DNA of 61,921 nt, filler included, from Choristocarpus tenellus KU-1152 (GCA_964200185.2; 13 parts of 13 records of this genome joined end to end with filler, not necessarily neighbours in it), one strand, 5' to 3'; shown: positions 38,350 to 51,529, numbered from the whole stretch's first letter. The notes: generated by a model from the letters alone, not told the origin. Numbers and translations: made by a program.

Positions 38350-39893
38350 CTTACTGGAAATCCCATTCTCAAGGTACATGCACGCGATTGCTGACAGTGA
38401 CGAGCATGGGGGAGCCCCTGGCCTTGAGGAATTACTCTCGTGATACTCATTTCACTGTCTCAGACGAAGCGTAGGAGTATTTTTCACATACCAGTCAGGG
38501 TGAGGGTTAGTTCTAAAAAAACAAAAGAGTGAAAAAGAGATTACAGTGGTGGATCCTCGAGTGGTGATGACTCTCCCAAAGCACACCGTATTGCTGCACC
38601 ATACTGTGATACTTCTCACTTACAATTTCCTTGATTGGTTGGATATTTTTTGCACACATTAGTTAGGGTTAGGGTTGGATTTTCGAAAATTCGTGCGAAA
38701 AAGTTCGAAAGTACTGTGGTGAGTGCCAAAGAAGGGGGTATTGCCCAATGCACTGCAACAGCACCACACTACAGCTCTTCTGCAAACGCTGCACCCTGTT
38801 TTTCCTCGATTGGATACGTTTCACTCAATAGTCTACAGGCTTTCTACATTACAAAGGTCACTAGTAGCTTGACTCGCACGCAAGTATTCAATGGTATAAC
38901 AACCTTCATCCCCCCCTCACCTGTCTGGGTAATGTCCAACAAAGCTACACTGCCACTTTCCACACCTGTCTAATATTGTGAGCTTGTCCCTCGTACCACC
39001 CCTCCTTTGCAGGATACCGATCAAATGGATCCATTAACTTCTTCTGCCTACTCACCACATGGTCGGCTTCCTCTGCGATCGTAGCAAACGCCAATTCTGC
39101 AAGAACAAGCACCAGGGTGAACTCCACAATCGTCGCCCTGTGTATCCATATTCAAAACCAGAAAAGTGAAGTATCACAGAGTCTACGCTTAGATGCAAAA
39201 GTAAATATCTTTTGTCCATACAGATTCAAGCTCAACACGTAACATTTCCTACAATGCAACACTGATCAGTAAAGCAGGTCAACAATGAATCCTTACTGGC
39301 CCACGATGCTTACTACATACTCTATATACAATAGACCCCAATCTGCTTACACTCCAGCATAACAGAATGGAAACAAAGAAAGAAGAGCCGAAATGTGATG
39401 AAAACATCCTTCTTATGCAGTTAAAACCAAGGCTACTGTGAGGTGCAAATGACAGGATGAAATGCTATATATGCAGTCTATGAAAACCTCTTTGCTCAGC
39501 ATGCAATTGGGTTTTAGCCCGAGCACAACTCGACCTCTACACAGCCACACATCATTTTACACTTGTGAACAATCTCGATACCAGAACAATAGCATGTAAT
39601 GAAATTATCGAAATGTTGCCATTATCGTGGATGACAGTGGCAAGTGTGCCTTTCACAACTAAAAGGGGAAGGGTACGAATGAGTCTGCAGTGCAAACTTA
39701 ACTTTTGCAGAGCCTTCTACAGGATGCATCACTTCCGAGTCAAGTGCTTTCCAGACTGTATGACTAAAAACTGAGACAAGCTACCTTTCCCTCCCTTACA
39801 TCAGTGGGCAATGTAGGATGCGGTGAAGAACAGAAGAGTTGTCGTCCTCGACTAAGACTTCTGCAAACGCCTTCTGTTTCAGCAGTGCAGCCG
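38350..39893 (-). CDS. Multi-exon gene fragment of unknown function
   Basis: Phase-compatible exons ...SVLHRILHCPLM|ATIVEFTLVLVLAELAF...HNIRQ|EIVSEKYHSM... with canonical splice sites. Confidence 0.45.
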
Positions 39894-41102
39894 CTATCAA
39901 TATCCACTTGTGCCACAGTGCACTGTTCTCATGTGGGTTTATGATATGTGGTAAAACAGACAACAAATGGAAGAAGATATTTTGCAGGAAAGGTGCGTGA
40001 CTGAGCTTTCGCAATATTACATACGTTGGATAACATCATTTTATAAGAGGCAGTTCTTTGTTTGAAAGCTTAGTAAACACCTCTATGAACTTGAGGTATA
40101 GTATTCGAGGATTGGACTGACGGGTTGTTTGTCGTTTACTACTAACACTTTTATTTTGCTCTTTGTTCATGAAGAGTGTCAGTGTAACGTTTACGAATCA
40201 AGACTTTGAAAAAGCATCGAAGTCAAGATATCCAGAAATATCGAGGATGTACCATTCCCCTAGATAAGATCAGCTTGGTATTACGCCAACCGTTCAACTT
40301 TCACAGCAATCCGAACACTTTTGTCTTAAATCTTTGCCAATGTTACGCACATGATTTGCTCATGTTTTGAATCCAAGTGACAAGAATTACTCATTGCTGT
40401 GTATGATTTGGACTGGAGTGTTTATTTACACTACAGGATGATAGATACATCTTTCGCCTCCAGGTGATATGGACACAATGTGTAGTGTTAAATGCCATGT
40501 GGTCCAAGGTGCGCACTATTTTTCATATATAACAAGTCCTGAAACAGTTGAATATAACTCATACATGTTGATCGATTTTTTTGTTTCTACTATGGCTGGA
40601 CTTGAACTGGGTAATCAATCGCAACTCCCCCTCCCACTAGTTCAACCACCTTGCCACGCATTATGGCATTTCCTTGACAACAATTACCTCGCATGTAGCA
40701 CTATGAGACACTTTATGATAACATTTTGCTAATGTAATGAGATGTGTACCTAAGAACATAGAACACAGCGTGTGTTTCAGACTGAAGGACTACTAGCATT
40801 TCAAAGAGAATTTGTACTGTATGTTGCAAACTATATTTCATATTCTCAGCGTATATTTTGGACTGGAGGACTCAACTCCCCACAAAATATGCAAATTTAG
40901 CTGTACAACGGAGAATTGATGAATATTCCCTTCTCTTACCTACACTTCGTATATTTAAATGAATCCACGTTCGATGACGATCGACTATACTGGAGTATAA
41001 TAGACCAAGGACAAGGACAAAATTTCCGTCGATGATGCACGTATGCCCTGTTATTATCAAGCATTATTTTGCAGGCCCAGGGAGATACATACGAAGTCAT
41101 AA

Positions 41103-41500
41103 AGAGTGAAAGTATATCTTAAAGAGTGAAAGTATATCTTAGAGAGTACGATTATTGACCTGTTTGCCCGTTTGGGACTTGGCTTCCCACAGTTTTTTTA
41201 TGACCGTTTACCTACTCTGAAACGTTTCGGAGTAGGTAAAGAGTCGAAGCATCTTAGAGGGTGCAGGGCCGCGTCCATTTGGGGGCCAAAATCCAATGTT
41301 GCGATTTCCATGTAATTTTATCGTCGTATTTGTTAGGAAGTGTCAGTATCCTTGTTCCGGACAAACCATTTCATAATATATACATATTACCTACTCCGAA
41401 ACATTTTGGAGTAGACAAAATATCACAAAAACCCCATGGGAAGCCAAGCCCCAAATGGACAAACAGGGCAAAACTCGTACCCACTAAGATACTTTGACTC
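41103..41500. mobile_element. Truncated reverse MITE (41103-41240, with a 20-bp duplication of its TIR) abutted by an intact forward MITE (41241-41500)
   Basis: Family-1 sequence; the forward copy is flanked by aaa/aaa. Confidence 0.9.
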
Positions 41501-41634
41501 AAACTCCTCTGTATCAAGGGGTAGACTCATGTCCNNNNNNNNNNNNNNNNNNNNNNNNNNNNNNNNNNNNNNNNNNNNTTAATTAATTAANNNNNNNNNN
41601 NNNNNNNNNNNNNNNNNNNNNNNNNNNNNNNNNN

Positions 41635-42010
41635 AACTGTCTTACGTATTAATTGTTCTCATGTAACCATTCATTATTTGAAACAGTTTTTGTATCAATT
41701 GTTCTCATGCAACCATTCATTTTTGAAACAGTTTTTGTATCAATTGTTCTCATGTAACCATTCATTATTTGAAACAGTTTTTGTATTAATTGTCTCATGT
41801 GACCATTCATTATTTGAAACAGTTTTTTGTATCAATTATTCTCATGTAACCATTCATTATTTGAAACAGTTTTTTGTATTAATTGTTCTCATGTAACCAT
41901 TCATTATGTGAAACTGTCTTACGTATTAATTGTTCTCATGTAACCATTCATTATGTGAAACTGTCTTACGTATTAATTTTTCTCATGTAACCATTCATTA
42001 TTTGAAGCAG
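41635..42010. repeat. ~43-bp minisatellite, ~8-9 copies, ending at the ABCC 3' splice site
   Basis: Unit approximately tcatgtaaccattcattatttgaaacagtttttgtatcaattgttc. Confidence 0.92.
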
Positions 42011-45000
42011 AGGAGGGACAAGCGCATGTCTGCGTTGCATGAGTCCCTAGGTGGTATCAGGATAATCAAGCTCTTTGCCTGGGAAGCCAACTTCCTCTCC
42101 AAGATATTTGACGCCAGAAGGCTGGAAGTGGTGGTGCTAAGATCCTACATGATCGTTCTTGGGTGAGGTATCTTGGGGTTTTTTTAAAGAAGGGATTGGT
42201 TGGAGACTCACTTGTTGAAGTTTTTTTTTTGTATGGTGTTATGGGGTTGACAAATATTTGGGAGGATGAGAGTAAGAAGTTTGTATTTACAGAGTAGAGT
42301 GTGTTATGTGGAGTGTTACACATCTTTCTGTAAGGAAGAAAGTGTACCTGAGGCACTTTGCCCGAAGCTTCTCATTGATTGGGATATATATATATATTGC
42401 CACATTTTCTTGTTTTTATATTTTTTCTCAGGGGGTTAAAAAAGAGAGGCAGCCTCGTCGTTTGGAGGTGATGTATACATATTTTATGTTTTTTTGTTGG
42501 CTCTTTTCTTTGCAAGTAGGAACATTCCATGCAATCTTTACAATAAGCTTCAGACAGAGTGTTTCAGGACTATGTACGAAAGTAGCTCTCTGTGGGAAAA
42601 TCCAAAATGGAGAATCCATACATCTTGGATGAGTGAATGATGAAGTGAATGATGAAGTGAATGATGAAGCCGTGCCCTTCTAACCTTTTTAACCATGTAC
42701 CTATTATATCTCTATGCCAAATAATAGCTCTTATGCCCACAATTCATCATTGGTCCTGGAGCCAGTCCAAGACACATCCACTCTCTCACCTTGAATAATC
42801 CAATGGCTGCAACTTACTATCATCATTTTCTTGTTGATTTAAAGGACTTCCATTAGAGTATAAATTAGTGCATTGTGTTGGTTGTCTCAAAGGTAGAGGA
42901 TGACCTGCTCCAATTTTTTGTAATTTTTCTCTTGGACTTTGAGGACTCCAAAATAACTAACATGCTTTCTGTGTTTTAGTGATAACACATGCAGTTGATA
43001 TATTTTCATGTTATAGTTTTGGATAAACATTTTACAACAATATGTGCTTGATATAGATATTTGTGCTGTGGCCTGTCCCTCTCAAGTAAAAGACTGCATG
43101 AAATTGTGTCAGGATATCCAACTACAGAAGTTTTCCTGAGCTTAGTAGCTTGTGTATGAATTTGATGGCTTGATTGGGTTCATTTTTTAGTGTGTTTCTA
43201 GTGTCATTCTCTCAAATTGCGATCTGACAGATGGATTGTTAGAAACACTGCCTATTTTTGGCAAGATAGTTAACACTGTGTCATGAAACGCTGACCCTAA
43301 CCCTTAACCTTAACTTCATTAATCTCTTGTTTTTAGAGCTGATTGATGCCTATTTGGATAGTGAATGATTTGACCTTGTTTTTGATTTTCTGTTGCTCTA
43401 ATATTTGTTTTTGGGGCACATACCTATTTTTGTTACAGATTTGTCTTCATTCTGCTAGCATTTTTGTCTTTTTTTAAATCCACCATTGTGTTGTAGACAC
43501 TTGCCTCTATTTGGAGAAGGTTGAGTTCTTGTGTGTTTAATCAATGTGCCAATCAATGTGCCAATCAATGTGCCTATCAATCAAAATTTCAGGTTCTCTG
43601 CGGTGCTGGTGAAGACTTCGCCTACCCTTCTCACCCTAGTTACCTTTATGGTGCATACAAAGGTCTTAAACTATGAGCTCAATGCTGTCATTGCGTTTAC
43701 TGCCGTGGCTATCAACAACCAGCTCTTCTTGCCCTTGTTCCATGTGCCATCTAGCATCAATTTTGTTGTTCAGGCAAGTCAGTTAACTTATTGACTTATT
43801 AACTTGATAGAAGAGGATAGATGTGTTAGGGTTAGGGTTAGAACATGTGCCATTAGATACTGGATGAATAGTAAGCATGTCATTCATTTTCCCAATTTTA
43901 AGAGTTGTGAAACCAAGATGATTCTTGACTTACAGGTATTCAAGACAGATTATCTGGCCATTGGTGATGTAGGTGGATGTAAGTGGAAGAAGAAAGACAG
44001 ATTATCTGGCCATTGGTGATGTAGCTGGATGTAGGTGGAAGAAGAAAGACCTCCTGCCAAAGTTTGAATGCTTTGAAGCTAACATAACACACGTGTACAT
44101 GGCTGTCATCGCTGTGCATCGATATTTTGGAAAATGTTAAATTTGTTGATTTAAATATGGTTGATTTCGTTTGATGAGATGCGGATGATTATTTTCGGTG
44201 CCATTCCACAACTCCGTTAATTTTGTATTGTAGTACCCTAACCCTAATTTTGTATTGTAGTACACGAAACTATTATATATTGCAGGGGCTGGTAAGGCAC
44301 CTACTCCTATTATTATTATTATTATTATTATTAGTGCTTTTAATGTTGAATGGTATTTTTTCTTTCAAGATTTTTTGTTCAATCAAATAATCTTGGGAAC
44401 TGTGAGTTGTTATATGGACTCATTATTTCTGTTTTTCTTTCTGTAAAAAGTGCATACAAGTATATTTGTACTTTTTCAAGTGGTGTGATAAGAGAGAAAA
44501 ATGTTTTGGATTGTTGACAGACTTCTGTTGACTGGTGTAAAAGGCCTATGTATATATATAGAATAATAGAGTGAAGAAAAAAATATATACACGGCCAATT
44601 ATGGCTTTCTGGACTATCATATACATGAGTGATATTATTAGCTATCACTAGACATGAAGCAGTGGATGTTTATAGCTATTGGGTGAGAATCTCCCTTTCT
44701 TTCTACCTGTAGACAAACACCATTTCGTTTGACATATTTGAGGGGATGGTTGGCTCAAATCGATATTGGTGTTTGTGCTGCATGGGAGGGCATTGTCCCA
44801 AGATGCCTTTGTTTCTAATTTCTACTTCTTTCTACCCTGGCACAGCCCACCTCTTCTACACATGGCGGCCTTCCAACATGAACCCAAATGCGTTTTCTTG
44901 GTGTTTTTGAATTTTTGGAGAATGATCCAGTGTTTTTTTCAAACTTGAGCTTAATTTGATGGTTGTGAAATTTTTTCTATAGTTGACGTTTTTTGTGATG

Positions 45001-48000
45001 CAAGTGGAATTCACTTGATGATTCATGTGATAGTAAGTGAAATATGATGCTGCTAAATGATTAATAGTAATACATACATAAAGGGTATTTCTTGATTTTG
45101 TATATTTTGCTTTGCTTTGCTTTATTTATTTTTTTGTTGAACATTTAACACACCATGCTACATCGAGCAAATCAAACACTCTCCAAGCTCGTGTTCTACT
45201 CTGTCCTGTCCTGTTCCATGTCTTTACATGAAGGTGCAGCAACCTCTCACCTTAATCTCTCCTTTTTTTCCTCCCAAAGTTCCACCCTGAGCTTAGGGTT
45301 AGGGTTTAGGGTTAGAGCTCATGCCCTTGACCGCCTCCTCTAATGTTTCATCTTCAAGAGTTGTCACCCACTTTGGGAAGGACTTGTTCACGTAGAAGTT
45401 GGAGTACAACGGCTCCCTCCTTGCTTTTGTACTGAAATCACACCCTCAGCTTATGCCCTCACAGCGGCAGGACAGCACTTGTTGTAGGAAATATTGCACT
45501 AATGTTGTCCTTTTTTGTGGTTGAGAATGTAAAGATGGTGCACTGTGATTGATCCCTGCAATGTCATCTTTGCCAGCACCAGTACTCTGCTGTGTGGGAG
45601 GCTTGAAGGTTGTAGTTGTGATGTGGTGGTATATCGACAACTTACCAGTGTAACACTTCAACTATAGGGTTAGTTTGGACGCTTTGTCTGCCTCAATCTG
45701 GTGCTCATAAACTCTGAAGAGCTTGTAGTTTGCCCAGATATCAAGATATATTTCTGATCTTTGCTACAGAGCGTGTCATCGAGGCAAGAACAGAGGTGTT
45801 TGGATTAACCGGCGGTGTTCAGTACCTGTGTCCTACACATTTCTACCTGTCTCATCTCGTTCTTCAAAATACCTCCAATCCAATCCCATCCAATCCAATC
45901 CCATCATGTCCTCCCTTGAATTTGAACGTTGCGGCAAAGTCATAGATAGTGCACAGCCCCTGTCAAGATTATGCCTTAAATTCATGTGGGAAGAATACTT
46001 TTTAAGGAGGCAAGATTCATTCAAGTTAGGTTGACAGCATCCCTGTTGAGAGTAGGCAGATATGGATGGGTGTAGAGTGAAGTGGTTTGGAGGCATTGCC
46101 GCAGCATGGTTTCCATCGATGACATATGGAGCATGAGGCAGTGCCCTACCATGTATCCAACACATTTACCTAGCACCTTCTCTGACCTCAAACAGAGCAT
46201 GTTATGGTACATCATGGTTCTATCCCATTGGCACAAACCCCGTGGAGGAGGGTGTGCAAGTGGCGTAGACCCTTATGGGAATGCTTTGCCTTTACTTGCA
46301 CTCCTTGTCTCACCCTATACCATCCGAGGGTCTAGCAGAATGAGCCACTTGCACTACTGCTATAACATCATCAACCGCAGTGTTCATGTGATTTAATCCA
46401 TGCCCGCCAACACCCACTTGCACAACATTGTCACTATTTATCATTCCGTCGCCTGTCTTATCAGATTTGCTGTGGGGTTCAGCATTATCTCCTGAAGAAC
46501 AGAGGCAGGTCATTGTCGTCCCGTTCCTTGTAGTCGCCACCATGTTCCCTGTAGTCGCCACCATGTTCCTTGTAGTCCTTGCCCCTCTTAAAGTTTTTTA
46601 AGTTTTTTTTTACGTAGCTAATCTTTTTCGCGACCACTTGTGGACCCACCTTGCAGTGTTTCCCCCCCTATATATCTGCGATAACATGTGTAAGAAATGG
46701 TTATCAGCACAGAAGGGGTTCAAGATGGTAATAAACAGGTACTGCTTGTACTTCCTGCCATTTACTAATCATTGAGTAGACCCCAGCTCTGCCCGCATTC
46801 CAATGAAGATCGACACTGGACAGGATATGATACACCACCTGTAGCAGATCTGGAAGGCCCTCACCACCATTATCCAGTATTTTGACAATTGTGCGCCATT
46901 TATGTTCTTTGCCGTTGTTTAGTACTTGTGACCCTGACAGGACTCACTCTTGAAGCTTGCTCACTGGCTCGTTGCCATTCCAATTGGTTCAACATCTATC
47001 TCCTTGGTCCCTGCAGCATTTGCCACTTTATAGTCTGACATTAATCCAGGAGGCGATAAGCAAGCACTGTTTGAAACAGAACATCCATTGTTCATGGTCT
47101 TGATATGGATATGCACATATCCTGGGTGAAGAGTGTATACAACAGAGTATGTTGGGGAATGAATATACTCACACCCTGAGGTATGAATCTACTGCACAGT
47201 GTCAAGCTGCGATAAAGTGTATGGGTGATCCCAACCTTCTTCACCATTGAACAGAATCTGTGCATCCTCCAGGACAAGCAGTATGCTCTGGAAATACTAG
47301 ATTATGCATGTTGGTGACCTCACCACCAGGTGCAATGTAAAAATATGACAGATTCCAGCAGTTTCACAAGGAATTGGATCTCAAACCAAAAGTTCCCAGT
47401 TTGTTCTCATCACCCTGCATCTCTTTGGGTGTACATTTGGTACCTACACAAGTCTGTTGGTTGGGGCTGCTTGTGGGGTACATGTTACTTGATGCCTCAT
47501 TGATTGACCACAACCTAGATTCCTCATCCTCGCAGGTCCTGCAGATCTACCTGTCCCTTCAAGAACGTGTTGAAATATCAGTGAGGTCCACAGAACACAG
47601 ATGTAGTAGTAATTCCCCGCACACTGAAGTGTTGAAAAGTGTGGTCCTCTCAATCGGCTGGCTGTGTGCTCTCATTAGGACCTCCTCCCACCATGAAGCA
47701 GATGAAATCTTTCATATTTTCTCACTAGACCAGACAAGAACCAAAAAGAAAGGATTTCGACACCTTGAAAGTCATTTAAACATATGCTAAGTTGAACCTT
47801 GTCTTCCTTGTAAGCTCTCTTACACCTTACATGCATACATATATACTTCCAGTACTCGATATATGAACTATGTGTAGGGGAATAGATTGTGCAGGTTGTT
47901 GTCTTGTGACTGAGGGTGCAACAATAATTTTTTTTTTGTCCATGTCAGGGCAAGCCATCCTTGTTGATCTTGCTTGGGGGTGCTCACATTCAAACGTCTA

Positions 48001-51000
48001 TGTAAACATTGGTACATCTTGCCCCTCAAGAAGTAGCTGGTTCGATATTAACATGCTAACTCTGCACTTCACATATAGATTGGGGCGTACAAGTTGGAAC
48101 AGCTGAGCGATTGTTTGGTTTATTGAAAAGTGAATAAAATATATCTATTATTTCGTTTTTGAAAAAAAAAGTTATCTGGTGACATAGTATTGAACAGAGT
48201 TGTTTTTGTACTTAGAAGTATCATAAAGAACCCATTGATTTGTTTGTCTTATGCACCCACACACATGCACTCACATTATTTCCCCTCAGCAGTACAGCAT
48301 ACACACTCTCCCCCCCCCCCCACCGCCTTACCTGTGTTACTTACGAAATCATACAACTCTTGTGTTGATTTGCCAACCCTAACCCTAACCCGGTAGTACA
48401 GGCACGTGCAAGCATTAAACGTCTCGAAGCATTCCTGTCCTGCAGAGAGGGTGATTTACACACCTACAACAACAAGGTTGGGGAGGAGGGATTCTCGAAT
48501 CGGCACTGCTCAGAGCTGGCCTGTGGTCAAGTTCGTGTTACTGATGGTGAGAGGATGTGATGTGATGTTAATGTGGGGAGTGGATGTGCATGGGGTTTGT
48601 GGACATTGGTTAGGGTTAGTGTTTGGGTTAGTAGAGAAGTTGTGAGTAGTGGATGGTTTTAATTCTTTATTCTTGGTGATTGTTAATTTCTGGATCATGC
48701 AGTTGTGAATGTTGTTAATACTCCTAAACTTTTGTCTGTTGAATATTTATGATGAACCCTAACCCTAACCCTTCTGGTGCGAGAAAAGGCTTCTTCTGCT
48801 GGAGGCAGTTGAGGGACTTAAACCAACCTACACTCTCCAACATCAACATCGACATTTCGCCAGGCCAGCTGGTGAGACCGTCGATCTCCTCTGCTTTTAA
48901 GCATTTTTTTTTCATTCTGAGGCAGTGAGTTGTGCCTAGGGTGAAGGCTTAACTTCTAGTGTGGTTATGTCTTATCTTGGACTAGTTTTGAATTATTTGC
49001 ACTGTGCCTCATTATGTTTTTCAAACTACCAATTCTGTACTGTTTTAACACAGCATATATACCACCTTCTGGAATAATATTGATAACTTACATTTAAAAG
49101 GTTGTTGGGCTTGTCTTGCTGAAAAGGTCACAAAGGAAGAATATACAGATAGATGAAACTCTAGAGGGCTGTTAACCCTTGGATTTTCTTTTCTTCTGAT
49201 TATGTGTCATGTGGAAAGCTGTTTTTTTATTTTTGTTTGTTTTGGATTAGTTTTTTCATTTCTACCTTCTTACCTCAAAGCAGTGCTTAGAAGTAGGACA
49301 ATAGTGTGAAGAGTATGTTTACAGTTAGTTTGAATGCGGTGATGTAGATGTTTGAATTCTATCATTACTTCACCCTGCCCAAGATTGAAAGTATATTAGA
49401 GGGTACGATTTTTTCCCTGTTTGTCCATTGTCCATTTAAACCTTGGCTTCTCCCGGGTTTTTATTGAAATTTGACCTACTCCAAAATGTTTCGAACTAGG
49501 TAAATGTATAAGTTATGAAAAGGAGTGTCCAGAACAAGGATAGTGACATCTCCTATTAAACATGATAGCCAAAATAACATCAAAATTGCAACATTGGATT
49601 TTGACCCCCAAATGGATGCAGCTCTACCCTCTAAGATACTTCGATTCCAAATTAGTCCTCTCTGGGCTCCTTCAGATGTGACATCCCTACCTTTAGGGTT
49701 CCACTTCCCTGCTGCTCTCAGCTCTACGCATATGATATCCTAATGTGTTTGCATGTTGGATGCTTTTAAAGAATTATGCTCCTCTTGTCGCAGTCAAAAG
49801 CTTCTTCAACTTGAAGGTGACCTTGTTCAGAACTCTGTTTTCTTGGTGATAGAGCAGCTCAGTTATCACAATTTACTTTTTTGTGTCCCTGATTTTCTTC
49901 CTCTTTGCATTGTTGGCTAATCCCACCCTCTCTTTTTTTTACAACATTTGAAGATTTTGTGATTTGAGGAAAGCTGAATAGAATATTTTAGGTGTATCAT
50001 TTTGCTCAAATGACATACGACATAATTTGAAGTACTCTTAGATGTATTAATGTTAATGGCAATATATGCAGTATATCGGTTTTGCCCCTATTCCACATTT
50101 TGTGACTGAGTCTTGTATTTCGTGGATATGAAGTATGAAAGAGATAATGAAAAGAAAATATTGAATGGAGATCTCTCATTGCTTGAAATAACATACAGTG
50201 CCTGCCTGGGTGGTCATCCTAGCTTGTCCGTTAATTTCAGATACTAGTACCAGCTAGAGGATACATTTTACACACTTGGGATGTAAATGGTATGATTATA
50301 GTATGATTTGATACAAACCAAAATATATGCCAGGGTTTTGTCTCTTTATAGAGGCTCTAAAGTATGTTGTACTGTATATCGTGCTTTCTTGTGTTGTAAG
50401 GAGTGTTAAGTCCATGGTTCCACCTTTCTGAAATATAACTTGAAAATGAAGAACCAAAATATCTTAGAGGGCAGAGTCGCATCCGTTTGGGGGCCAAAAT
50501 CCAATGTTGTGATTTTAATGTAATTTTGGTCATCGCATTTGTTAGGAAAGTGTCAATATCCATGTTCTGGACACACCTTTTCATAATATATACATTTTAC
50601 CTACTCCAAAACATTTTGGAGTAGGAAAATGTCATTAAAAAAAACATGGGAAGTCACAAGGCCCAAATGGACAAACAGGGCAAAACTCATACCCTCTATC
50701 TAATATACTTTAACTCAAAATGTAATTTGAACAGTGAATTAGAGGAGTGTACTGGAGGAACTTGAAAATTCTATTTTCTTCAGATTGTGCAGGTCTTGCT
50801 CGTCCTACCTTTTGTGCGAGGGGGTTGAGAGCTTAGATCGTGGTAACAGCAATTTGTTTCATTTTCCAATTTCTCTAACCCTAACCCTTAAAATGGTATG
50901 ACCGCAATACTGCAAATGAGGACAGACCACTATAGATTGTAGAATGTATCAATACCTGTTAAATTGCCCTTGCATTCAAGGTCTCTGTGTATCCTCGACA

Positions 51001-51425
51001 GTTATGATATTTTTCTGCATTGCTCTGAAGTCCTATTTTGTATTTAGTTGGAAGATTGGTGCACTTTATTAGATTGCATGATTGCAAGGCACTCACTAAG
51101 TCTACTGAAAGAAAATTATCCAATTTAATTTTCCATTTCGGAGGGAACAACATGCAATCCAATCTGACCTGTCCACATTTAGGTATCAGTAGCTGTTACT
51201 AGATGTGCTCTTCACTGGTACTTACAAGTTAGAAATATTTTTTATTGGTTGTTCTCAAAAGGTGTGCATCATTGAATATTATGTATGTATATATTTTAAT
51301 TTGTTTTCAAAAGGTGTGCATCTACGGTCCGACTGGTGCTGGGAAGAGTAGCCTCCTCATGGCCTTGCTGAATGAGCTGGTCACTATCAAAGGGAGGGCC
51401 TCTATGAATGGAACTGTGGCGTATG
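42011..51425 (+). CDS. ABC transporter, ABCC/MRP subfamily (end of TMD1 to start of NBD1). Exons 42011-42162, 43593-43773, 48402-48546, 48789-48871 and 51314-51425
   Basis: [19 protein letters not shown]; AFTAVA..NQL..PL..P; [10 protein letters not shown]; [14 protein letters not shown]|[15 protein letters not shown] (Walker A). All phases compatible. Confidence 0.93.
45310..46564 (-). pseudogene. Second decayed ParB/Srx-like gene, antisense inside an ABCC intron
   Basis: [13 protein letters not shown] followed by APYVIDGNH (46117-46106), then an exon starting cag|VLNTAG. Multiple stops. Confidence 0.45.
46900..47720 (-). pseudogene. Possible decayed JmjC-like (2OG/Fe dioxygenase) coding remnant
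   Basis: [15 protein letters not shown], then in a shifted frame [12 protein letters not shown]...[22 protein letters not shown]. Confidence 0.35.
49383..49647 (-). mobile_element. MITE (family 1), reverse orientation, in ABCC intron
   Basis: TIRs present; flanks caa/caa. Confidence 0.9.
50451..50716 (+). mobile_element. MITE (family 1) in ABCC intron
   Basis: Family-1 sequence with slightly diverged TIRs. Confidence 0.9.
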
Positions 51426-51529
51426 NNNNNNNNNNNNNNNNNNNNNNNNNNNNNNNNNNNNNNNNNNNNTTAATTAATTAANNNNNNNNNNNNNNNNNNN
51501 NNNNNNNNNNNNNNNNNNNNNNNNNTGAA

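Noticed and set aside
46900-47720. TET/JBP dioxygenase reading (MQGDEN as HxD)
   Set aside because: The required His is absent, and the motif order fits a JmjC-like fold better.
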